From: Myxococcota bacterium
Lineage (GTDB): Bacteria; Myxococcota_A; Polyangia; Nannocystales; Nannocystaceae
Assembly (NCBI GenBank): GCA_039028615.1
Contig: JBCCHT010000051.1
Coordinates: forward strand, 1-64,000
DNA: 64,000 nt
Reading direction: 5' to 3'
In this document: one piece after another, positions 56,379 to 64,000 of the stretch
Layout of the letters: every line of letters begins with the position of its first letter
How positions within the stretch are numbered: the first letter of the stretch is position 1
Made by a program: the position numbers and the translations under genes
Notes under the pieces: generated by a model
The model's database searches: none
What the model saw: only the letters and a program-made list of their open reading frames with translations
What the model was told of the DNA's origin: nothing

Positions 56379-57853
56379 TCTGGAGTTCGGGCGTGGGTAG
56401 GCGAGCGGGTACGCTCGGCCTGGCGCTGTCGCTGGCCGGGGCGTGCTCGAACGACTCGGCCCCTGCGCAAGAGCCTGCCAAATCGGCACCCGAAGCCGAC
56501 GTCGAGCCGACCGAGCCCGAGCCCAAGTGCCGGGACTGGTCGACGCTCGATCTGGACGAGGTGCCGCCGCTGGCCGAGGGCAAACACGCGCCCTTGCTGG
56601 ATACGGTGTGGCGTCGCGTGCTCGAGAAGCACTTCGACCCCACCCTGGGCTGCCTCGACTGGGCCAAGCTGCGGGAGGTCCATGCGGAGAAGATCGCCGA
56701 GGCCGCCAACCCGCAGCAGGCCTACGCGATCGTCAACGATCTGCTCGGGGAGCTGAAGCAGAGCCACCTGCGGCTGTTCCCGCCCACCCCCGACGAAGAC
56801 ACGCCCGGTCCGGTGGCGCCCCCCATCACCGTGCGCTGGGTCGACGACCAGCTCGTGGTGGTGGACAGCCGCGCCGAAGGCTTGCAGGGGCCCGTGCTCC
56901 GCGGCGCCACCGTGCTCGGAATCGACGACGTGCCCATCGGCAAGATCGTCGAGCAGGTCCGCGCGCGCCATCCCGAGCACGCGTTCCCCCGCATGATCGC
57001 CACCACGGCCGCCGCCCGCATGTCGTGCCAGCGCCTCGGGCAGTTCAAGAAGCTCAAGGTCACCAACCCGGCCAAGGAGCAGCGCAACGCGATCCGCGTG
57101 GTGCCCTGCCTCGAGCCCGAAGGCGAGCGCATCACCCTGGGCAACCTCCGCGACGTCCCCACGCGGGTCGAGCATCGCTTGCTCGAGCAGGGCCGCATCG
57201 GCGTGATGCACTTCAACGTCTGGATGCTGCCCATGGTCAAGCGCATGGAGGCGGCCATGACCGAGCTGCGCGGCAAGGGCATGCGCGGGCTCATCCTCGA
57301 CCTGCGGGGCAACCCCGGCGGCGTCGGAGCGATGGCCGTGCCCGTGGCTCGCATGCTCGTGGACGAGGAAGTCTCGCTGGGCACCATGCGATTCCGCGAC
57401 TTCGAGCAGGAGCTGAACGTCGAGCCGAGCGGCGATGCCTTCGGTGGGCCGGTCGCGATCCTCGTCGACGAGGGCACCGCGAGCACCTCGGAGATCTTCA
57501 TCGTCGGCCTGCGCGATCACGGACGCGTGAAGGTGTTCGGCTCGCGCGCTTCGGCCGGAGCCGCCCTGCCCTCGGTCATCGAAGAGCTGCCCGGCGGTGC
57601 GCTGCTGCAGTACGTGGTGGCCGACTACCGCTCGCCCAAGGGCACGCTGGTCGAAGGCACGGGCATCGAGCCGGATGTGGTCGTAGCGGAGACCCGCGAC
57701 GACTTCGCCGCCGGTCGCGACCCCGTGCTCATGGCTGCCCACGGCTACCTGAACGAGCAGCTGGGTCCCGTCGCCGACCCGACCGCCGATCCTTCAGTCG
57801 AAACCGGACCCTCGGCGGACGGTGCAGCGGATTCGACCGGCGCAGCGCCCTGA
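56375..57853 (+). CDS. S41 family peptidase lipoprotein
   Basis: GTGA overlap with the Crp gene; lipobox AGAC; LGELKQSHL; LDLRGNPGG; TASTSE; EGTGIEPD. Confidence 0.88.
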   Translation: MIWSSGVGRRAGTLGLALSLAGACSNDSAPAQEPAKSAPEADVEPTEPEPKCRDWSTLDLDEVPPLAEGKHAPLLDTVWRRVLEKHFDPTLGCLDWAKLREVHAEKIAEAANPQQAYAIVNDLLGELKQSHLRLFPPTPDEDTPGPVAPPITVRWVDDQLVVVDSRAEGLQGPVLRGATVLGIDDVPIGKIVEQVRARHPEHAFPRMIATTAAARMSCQRLGQFKKLKVTNPAKEQRNAIRVVPCLEPEGERITLGNLRDVPTRVEHRLLEQGRIGVMHFNVWMLPMVKRMEAAMTELRGKGMRGLILDLRGNPGGVGAMAVPVARMLVDEEVSLGTMRFRDFEQELNVEPSGDAFGGPVAILVDEGTASTSEIFIVGLRDHGRVKVFGSRASAGAALPSVIEELPGGALLQYVVADYRSPKGTLVEGTGIEPDVVVAETRDDFAAGRDPVLMAAHGYLNEQLGPVADPTADPSVETGPSADGAADSTGAAP

Positions 57854-57930
57854 TCAACGCCGTTTCGGGCCCTCCGCGAATAGGCCATGTTCTGGCCGCG
57901 TAACAGTTCCCCCTGGTAGGGTGAGCTTCT

Positions 57931-58815
57931 GTGATCGCCGTGTACTCGAGCCGTTGGTGGCGACGGGCCCTGAGCCCCCTCCTGCTCACCGTGGCGTTAT
58001 CGCCCGCGTGTGACGAGGACGACGCTCCTCCCAAAGGCACGGCGAACGAGGCCGCCGCCGGGGCCGGAGTCGTCGCCGACGAGACCCCCGCCGATGCCCC
58101 GCCGCCGGCCCCCGCACTGCCCGAAGCCGAGGTCATTCTCGACAAGGCCACCGCGGCTTTGGGCGGACGAGAGGCCATCGACCGCATCCAGAGCTTCCAC
58201 TATCGCGGCACCATCGAGATGGTCGGCCACAACATCCACGGCAAGCTCCAGATCTGGTGGAAGAAGGGGGACTTCTTCATGGAGCAGATCGTGCCCGGCA
58301 TCGGCGAGATGCGGGCGGGCAAGCGAGGCGACGAGATCTGGGCCGACGACCCCGTCAACGGGCGACGCAAGCTGACTGGAGTCGAGGCCGAGCAACACGC
58401 GTGGGCCTCGACCCTGCTGCTGGCCGCCGCCTGGAAGGACTACTTCGACGAGGCCGAGACGGTGGCCGAGCGCAAAGTGAAGGGCCGCACCCTCTACGAC
58501 GTCAAGCTCACCTCCAAGAGCGGCATGGCCGTCACCATGAGCTTCGACGCCGACAGCGGCCTGCAGGTGGGCCAAGCCTTCGAACAGGTCACGCCCATGG
58601 GCAAGCAGCCCTTCGACGTCACCTTCCAGGACTATCGCGAGGTCGAGGGCATCAAGTTCGCCTTCAAGCAGGTCATCGACGCCAAGTTCCAAGAGATCGT
58701 GCAAGAGATCGAGCACGTCGAGCTCAACGCCGAAGTCGACCCCAGCAAGTTCGCGTTTCCCCGCTCCGGGGCGGACCTCGTGCGCCAGAAAGCCGAAGCC
58801 AAGGCAGGCGGTTAG
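57931..58815 (+). CDS. Lipoprotein, LolA-like/DUF620-like fold
   Basis: Lipobox SPAC; ILDKATAALGGREAI; FQDYREVEGIKF; VELNAEVDPSKF. Confidence 0.7.
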   Translation: MIAVYSSRWWRRALSPLLLTVALSPACDEDDAPPKGTANEAAAGAGVVADETPADAPPPAPALPEAEVILDKATAALGGREAIDRIQSFHYRGTIEMVGHNIHGKLQIWWKKGDFFMEQIVPGIGEMRAGKRGDEIWADDPVNGRRKLTGVEAEQHAWASTLLLAAAWKDYFDEAETVAERKVKGRTLYDVKLTSKSGMAVTMSFDADSGLQVGQAFEQVTPMGKQPFDVTFQDYREVEGIKFAFKQVIDAKFQEIVQEIEHVELNAEVDPSKFAFPRSGADLVRQKAEAKAGG

Positions 58816-58818
58816 ACG

Positions 58819-59316
58819 ATGGACCTGTACGTACTGCGTCACAGCATGGCGGTGGAGCGGGGCAGGCTCCCGCGCGACTCCGACCGACCCCTGACCGAGG
58901 CCGGTCAGAAGCGGCTGGAGCGGGCCACCCAGGCCTGGGACGCAATTGGCGTGAGCGTGGAGCTGGTGGTCACCAGCCCGCTCCTTCGCGCCCAGCAGAG
59001 CGCAACCATCGCGGCCGCGGCCCTCGGCATCTCCGACCGGATCCACCCCGAGCGCTCCCTCGCCCCCGGGGCTTCGCCCGCGGCCATGGTGCGCACCCTC
59101 GACGACTACCAGAGCCGCGCCGATCGAATCATGCTCGTCGGACACGAGCCCGATCTCGGACGCTTGGTGAGTACGCTCGTCTGCGGAAACGACGAGGCGG
59201 GCTTCCGCATCAAGAAGGCCGGCCTGCTGCGATTGTCCATCGGCACGCTCCGCGCGGGTCGATGCGCCACGTTGGAGTGGCAGCTGTGGCCCCGGCACTT
59301 GCTCAAGATGAGCTGA
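58819..59316 (+). CDS. sixA: Phosphohistidine phosphatase SixA
   Basis: LYVLRHS, DRPLT, TSPLLRAQQS, LVGHEPDL. Confidence 0.88.
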   Translation: MDLYVLRHSMAVERGRLPRDSDRPLTEAGQKRLERATQAWDAIGVSVELVVTSPLLRAQQSATIAAAALGISDRIHPERSLAPGASPAAMVRTLDDYQSRADRIMLVGHEPDLGRLVSTLVCGNDEAGFRIKKAGLLRLSIGTLRAGRCATLEWQLWPRHLLKMS

Positions 59317-59573
59317 CGACGTTCCTCGCGTCGGACCACGTTCCGACCCTTCACCCGAACGTGATTCCGCAAGGAGCATGACTCGACGAACGCGGTCTCG
59401 AGCACCGTGAGCCATCGCCCGTTCGAGAGGGAGCGTTCTCGCTCCTCGCCCTCGTGCTCTACCGTCGACTGAAGCCCTCGGATATAACTCGGTCGAACCG
59501 TGCTGCGATGCTCGGCTGGTCATGCGGGTCGTCCCAAACTCGCTGCCGACTCGCGACAACTGAAGGAACGCCC

Positions 59574-62420
59574 GTGAAAGCCGACCTCATCGAAGTTCTG
59601 GCCTGTCCGGCCTGCCGTGGTCCGTTGACGACGACCGACGCAGTCGACGGCCGCATCGTGAACGGCATCTTGCGTTGCGAGGCATGCGGCACGGCCACCC
59701 CGGTCGCGCACGGGTTCCCGCTCTTCGAGCACACCCGACTCGACGATGGCCGCACCGACGTGACCTGGGTCGAGTCGGCCGCCAGCAAGTGGTTCCAAGA
59801 TCGCGGCACCTACGAGGAGTTCCTACGCAAGAAGGCCGAGCGCAAGACCTACGACGCCTACGCGATGTTCCAGCCCTTCAACGAGTCGCTCCGCGCCCTG
59901 CTCGCGGTGATCGAGCCGATTCGGGCCCAGCTGTCGCCGGGCGACGTCATCCTCGACACGTGGAGCCGCTCGGGCTGGCCCGGGGCCTGGGTCGCCTCGC
60001 TCTTCCCCGAGCAGCACGTGATCTCGCTGTGGGAAGGCGACGGCAACGTGCTCGGCTACGCGGGCTTCGACTACTGGCTGGGCGAGGGCCAGCGCCGCGA
60101 CAACTGGGACATCGTCTTCACCCACGCCAGCGATCCGCTGCCCTTTCGCACGGGGGCCTTCGCGCTGCTGCACGGCTACGAGTCGCTGCACCGCTATCGC
60201 CCGGGGATGTTCGTCTCCGAAGCACATCGGGTCACGGCCGACGATGGTGCCATCGTCTTCACCCACATCCACCTGACCAACAGCGAGCCCGACCCCTGGT
60301 TCGAGCGCGGCTGCATCCAGCGGCACGGCACGCTGTACCGCGGGCTCTTCGATCGGCTGCATGCCGGCCAGGATCGCAAGGCCCTGGTCTTTGGCGAGCG
60401 CACCCTGTTCGAGGCGGGCGAGTCGTTCACCTTCACCGACGCCGCCCAGACCGAAGACTACAACGGCGCCATCGTGATCGGGCCCGCCGCGTGGGAAGGC
60501 CAGACCTTCCGCACCGAGCACGCCCAGCCCATCACTCGGGACTCGTTCCTCATCGTCAACCCGCTCTTCGACCTCGACCTCGGCGGCGCGCAGGCGTCGT
60601 GGAGCTACGACGGCCGCGAAGGCCAGGTCGGGCACCTGCTCGAGCGACACCCCTGCTACGAAGACCGCATCCGCTCCCTGAAGAGCGCCACCATGCACGG
60701 CTACCAGCCCGAGCTGGTCTACTTCGCCGCGCAGTCGTGGACCTTCGGGCAGATCGCCGACCGGCTCGGCGTCGACGAGTCCGAGCTGCTCGCCCAGGCC
60801 AAAGAGCTCGCCGAAAAAGAGATCCTCTGGCCGGCCACCGTCTCCCCGGCCATGGCTCGGCTGCAGCACTACTACGGCACCATCGAGGTCGCCGACCCGC
60901 AAGAGGGCTCGTTCGCCGCGCTGTGGGCCAAGCTCCCCGCGCTGTACGAAGAGCGGCCGATCATCGAGACCGAGGACGGCACCGAGTTCACCTGGGAGGT
61001 CGTGGAGCAGCTGGGCACCGCCGTCGCCTGCTGGCTGCTCGAGACCACCACGGTCGGCGACCGCGTGCTGCTGCACTGCCCCAACTGTCCCGAGGCCTAT
61101 ATCGTCATCTGGGCGTGCTGGCTGACGGGGCGCACCATCGTGCCCGTCGAGCCCGATCTTCCGCTCGAGGCGGTCAACGAGCTCATCGGTCGCACGAGCC
61201 CCGCGCTGGCCTTTTCCATGCAGGCCCTGTCGGTGCCGAGCTACCAGTTCGACAGCCTGTACGACGAAGAGCAGCCGAGCGAGCTGCCCACCTTCTCCGA
61301 AGGCATCGAGCCCTACCTCGAGGCGCCCGAGCCCGCGCTGCCCGAGGTCGACGGCACGGGCGACGCGGCCATCTTGTTCACGTCGGGGAGCACCGGTCGC
61401 CCCAAGGGCGTGCGGCTGAGCCACGCCGCGCTGACCTCCAGCGGCGCGGCCTTGGCCCGCCACTTCCAGTGGGTACCCGGCGACCGGCTCTACTCGGGCG
61501 GGGCCAGCTACTCGATGTCGGGCCTGCGCAACCCCGCGCTGGGTGCCCTGCATGCGGGCGCCACCATCGTGCTGCCCGAGGCCCAGGGCCCCATGAACCC
61601 GCTGCGCGCCTACGAGCTGGTGCGGCTGCAATCGGTCAGCATCGTGACCACCGTGCCCGCCCAGCTCAACGCCTGGATCGCCATGCGCGAGCGCCTCAAG
61701 GACCAGCCCCGGCCCGCCTCGCTGCGATCGATCGCCTACACCGGGCACGGCATCTCCGACGCGGTGCGCGAAGAAGTCAGCCAGTGGCTCGAGGTCCCGG
61801 TGACCGGCTACTACGGGCTCACCGAGACCTGCGGCCTGTGTCTCGGCGACGAGGTCGGACAGCGTGCCCAGGGCAACATCGGGGGGCCCGTCGCCGCCCT
61901 GGCCCAAGTGGTCGATCGCGACGGGGTGGTCGTGCCCGATGGCGAGCGCGGCGAGCTTCGGATCTGTAGCCCGCGCATCATGAGCGGCTATCTCGAGGCC
62001 GACACCGTGAGCACCGTGCGGCTCGAGCACGGCTGGCTCTACACCGGAGACGCCGCCATTCGCCAAGCCGACGGCAGCGTCGAGCTGGTGGGGCGCTTCG
62101 ACGACCAGATCAAAGACCGCTTCGGAGACACCGTGTTTCCCTCCGAGGTCGAAGGCGTGGCAGCCGAGCTGTCGGCCGTCGACGACTGCGCGTGCCTGGC
62201 CGTGCACGATGCCTCCGACGTCGCCTCGCTCGTCTTGTTCGTCGTCGCCCACGAAGGGGCCGACCGCGGCGAGATCGAGTCCGAGGTCCTGCGATCGGTC
62301 GATGCTCGGCTCGGCGCACGCAAGCGACCGGGCCGCATCGTGTTCTGCGAGTCGCTGCCGCGCAAGACCAGCGGCAAAGTCAACCGACAGGCCCTGCTTT
62401 CGCAGGCCGGGATGAAGTGA
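59574..62420 (+). CDS. Multidomain protein: Trm112-like Zn ribbon + methyltransferase-like + wHTH-like + adenylate-forming (AMP-binding) domain
   Basis: RBS AAGGA; LACPAC...CEACG; ILDTWSRSGW...LPFRTGAF; FTSGSTGRPKG, YGLTET, GWLYTGD, GRFDD, LPRKTSGK. Confidence 0.85.
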   Translation: MKADLIEVLACPACRGPLTTTDAVDGRIVNGILRCEACGTATPVAHGFPLFEHTRLDDGRTDVTWVESAASKWFQDRGTYEEFLRKKAERKTYDAYAMFQPFNESLRALLAVIEPIRAQLSPGDVILDTWSRSGWPGAWVASLFPEQHVISLWEGDGNVLGYAGFDYWLGEGQRRDNWDIVFTHASDPLPFRTGAFALLHGYESLHRYRPGMFVSEAHRVTADDGAIVFTHIHLTNSEPDPWFERGCIQRHGTLYRGLFDRLHAGQDRKALVFGERTLFEAGESFTFTDAAQTEDYNGAIVIGPAAWEGQTFRTEHAQPITRDSFLIVNPLFDLDLGGAQASWSYDGREGQVGHLLERHPCYEDRIRSLKSATMHGYQPELVYFAAQSWTFGQIADRLGVDESELLAQAKELAEKEILWPATVSPAMARLQHYYGTIEVADPQEGSFAALWAKLPALYEERPIIETEDGTEFTWEVVEQLGTAVACWLLETTTVGDRVLLHCPNCPEAYIVIWACWLTGRTIVPVEPDLPLEAVNELIGRTSPALAFSMQALSVPSYQFDSLYDEEQPSELPTFSEGIEPYLEAPEPALPEVDGTGDAAILFTSGSTGRPKGVRLSHAALTSSGAALARHFQWVPGDRLYSGGASYSMSGLRNPALGALHAGATIVLPEAQGPMNPLRAYELVRLQSVSIVTTVPAQLNAWIAMRERLKDQPRPASLRSIAYTGHGISDAVREEVSQWLEVPVTGYYGLTETCGLCLGDEVGQRAQGNIGGPVAALAQVVDRDGVVVPDGERGELRICSPRIMSGYLEADTVSTVRLEHGWLYTGDAAIRQADGSVELVGRFDDQIKDRFGDTVFPSEVEGVAAELSAVDDCACLAVHDASDVASLVLFVVAHEGADRGEIESEVLRSVDARLGARKRPGRIVFCESLPRKTSGKVNRQALLSQAGMK

Positions 62421-64000
62421 ACGACGTGACGACCTTCCATCAATACGCGTCGGCTCGGCCGCGCAAGCAAGAGTTCCTCGACGGTGACAACGCGATCACC
62501 TACGGGGCCCTGACCGAGCAGCTCGGCAAGACCATCGCCTACCTGCAAAAGCAGGGCCTCCAATCGGGCGATCGCATCGTCATCGCCAGCGACGACAGCT
62601 CCGCCTTCGCCTCGCTGTTCTTCGCCATGGTCGACATGGGCGTCGCGGTGGTGCTCGGCGACCCCGGCATGACGCCGGCCGAGCTCGCCCGCCTGGTCGC
62701 CCTGCTCTCGCCGGCCGGCATCATCATGGACGACGCGCTCATCAAGCGCCTCGGGGCCAGCAACCACGACCTGCGGCTGTGCCTGTCCATCAAGGCCAAG
62801 GCCAAGGGCGGCGGCCTGCTCGGCAAGCTGCTGGGGAAGAAGCGAGCCAAGGCCGCGCCCGCCAGCACCTACCCGGCCGTGCTCGATGGCCTCGACGCCG
62901 TCACCCCCGACGGCGGCAGCGATGACGACGTCGCGTTCATCGTGATGACCTCGGGCTCCACCTCGCAGCCCAAGGCCGTGCCCGGCACGCGCAAGGCTCT
63001 ATTCGCCCACCTCGACACGCTCACCAAGCAGTTCGGCTACGACGACGGCAGCCGCATCATGAACCTGCTGCCGCTGTCGCACGTGGACGGGATCATCCAG
63101 GGCCCCGCGCTCGCCTGCCGCACGGGCGGCACCTGGGTACGGCCCTTCCCCTTCACCGTGCAGAACATCGAGCCGATGCTGCACGGCATCTACAGCAAGC
63201 GGGTCACCCACTTCATCGGCGTCCCCACCATCCTCTCGCTCATCCACCGCATGTCCACGAACCTCGAGGACAGCTTCGCCACCGACGACTTCAAGTTCGT
63301 GGTGTCGGCGGCGGGCAAGCTCGAGGTCGAGCTGTGGCAGGGCTTCGAGACCACCTTCAAGACCCGCGTCTGCAACCTCTTCGGGCTCTCCGAGACGGTC
63401 ACCGGGGGTCTGTTCGCCGGGCCCGGCGACGACTCCCGCCGCTACGGCACCATCGGCAAGCCCACCGACTGCGAGGCGCGGATCATCGACGAGCAAGGCA
63501 ACGACGTCGCCGACGGGGGGACCGGCGAGCTGTTGCTGCGCGGCGACAACGTCTTCGGCGGCTACATCTCCGACGATCCCAACGTCAACGACGGCCTGTT
63601 CATCGACGGCTGGCTGCGCACGGGCGACTTGGTCCACCGCGACGCCGATGGCTTCTACGTCATCGACGGTCGCCTCAAGAACGTGGTCATCACGGGCGGC
63701 GAGAACATCTACCCCGAGGAGATCACCGAGGTACTCAACGGCCACCCGGGCGTGGGCGCGGCCACCTGCTTCGGCCTGCCCCACGGCGAGTGGGGCGAGA
63801 TCCTCGTCGCCCTGGTCCAGCGCACCGACGCCTCGCTCGCGGAAAACGACCTCATCGGCTGGGCCCGCGAGCGGCTGAGTGCCTACAAGGTGCCCAAGGA
63901 GATCGCCTTCACCGGGGAGCTGCCCCTGGGCCCCTCGGGCAAGGTCCGCATGAAGGAGGCCAAGAAGATCTTCGAGGAGCTCCGTGGCGGCGACGCGGGA
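62417..64000 (+). CDS. Second adenylate-forming enzyme (acyl-CoA/acyl-ACP ligase family), 3'-truncated by window edge
   Basis: Absent from the ORF track because there is no stop in the window. Manual translation from GTG at 62417 gives TSGSTSQPK, FGLSET, GWLRTGD, GRLKNVVITGGENIYPEEI, LPLGPSGK. Confidence 0.9.
   Translation, partial: MNDVTTFHQYASARPRKQEFLDGDNAITYGALTEQLGKTIAYLQKQGLQSGDRIVIASDDSSAFASLFFAMVDMGVAVVLGDPGMTPAELARLVALLSPAGIIMDDALIKRLGASNHDLRLCLSIKAKAKGGGLLGKLLGKKRAKAAPASTYPAVLDGLDAVTPDGGSDDDVAFIVMTSGSTSQPKAVPGTRKALFAHLDTLTKQFGYDDGSRIMNLLPLSHVDGIIQGPALACRTGGTWVRPFPFTVQNIEPMLHGIYSKRVTHFIGVPTILSLIHRMSTNLEDSFATDDFKFVVSAAGKLEVELWQGFETTFKTRVCNLFGLSETVTGGLFAGPGDDSRRYGTIGKPTDCEARIIDEQGNDVADGGTGELLLRGDNVFGGYISDDPNVNDGLFIDGWLRTGDLVHRDADGFYVIDGRLKNVVITGGENIYPEEITEVLNGHPGVGAATCFGLPHGEWGEILVALVQRTDASLAENDLIGWARERLSAYKVPKEIAFTGELPLGPSGKVRMKEAKKIFEELRGGDAG

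Noticed and set aside
59574..62420. Canonical NRPS module
   Set aside because: No condensation (HHxxxDG) or carrier (GGxS) motif is visible in this ORF.
1..64000. tRNA, rRNA, riboswitch, transposase or prophage genes
   Set aside because: None was recognised in intergenic regions or ORFs by eye; tRNAscan-SE and cmscan would be needed to exclude them formally.

Overview
High-GC, gene-dense bacterial DNA. The gene content points to a myxobacterium, probably Nannocystaceae-like (inference): four Hanks-type Ser/Thr kinases, two ECF sigma factors, many Cys-rich lipoproteins, a MYXO-CTERM protein and a myxobacterial-type TonB-dependent receptor. About 55 CDS are supportable. No rRNA, tRNA, transposase, integrase or CRISPR array was recognised. 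Housekeeping and accessory genes include feoAB, an aldo/keto reductase, a class II sirtuin, a PA0069-type radical SAM protein, a trans-sulfuration PLP enzyme, two S41 peptidases, a Crp/Fnr regulator and sixA. Five structures stand out. (1) A ~1.5 kb non-coding mirror array at 32.0-33.5 kb: two opposed tandem arrays of a ~235-bp structured unit, well conserved at the outer ends, decaying toward the centre, and flanked by mirror-symmetric strand compositional bias that reaches into synonymous sites of neighbouring genes. (2) An ECF/anti-sigma module whose likely promoter, CGTGACGGA-N15-GGATG-N7-ATG, occurs with identical spacing in front of both the sigma gene and a thrombospondin-type-3 lipoprotein. 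(3) A five-gene envelope operon: CxxCH lipoprotein, Tat DUF1501-like enzyme, small cytochrome c, Cys-repeat lipoprotein and CRTAC1/ASPIC protein. (4) A Zn-ribbon/methyltransferase-like/wHTH/adenylation fusion coupled to a second adenylating enzyme at the right edge. (5) A VanW-glycosyltransferase-like fusion. Family assignments come from motif recognition by eye, not database searches. Many start codons are best guesses.
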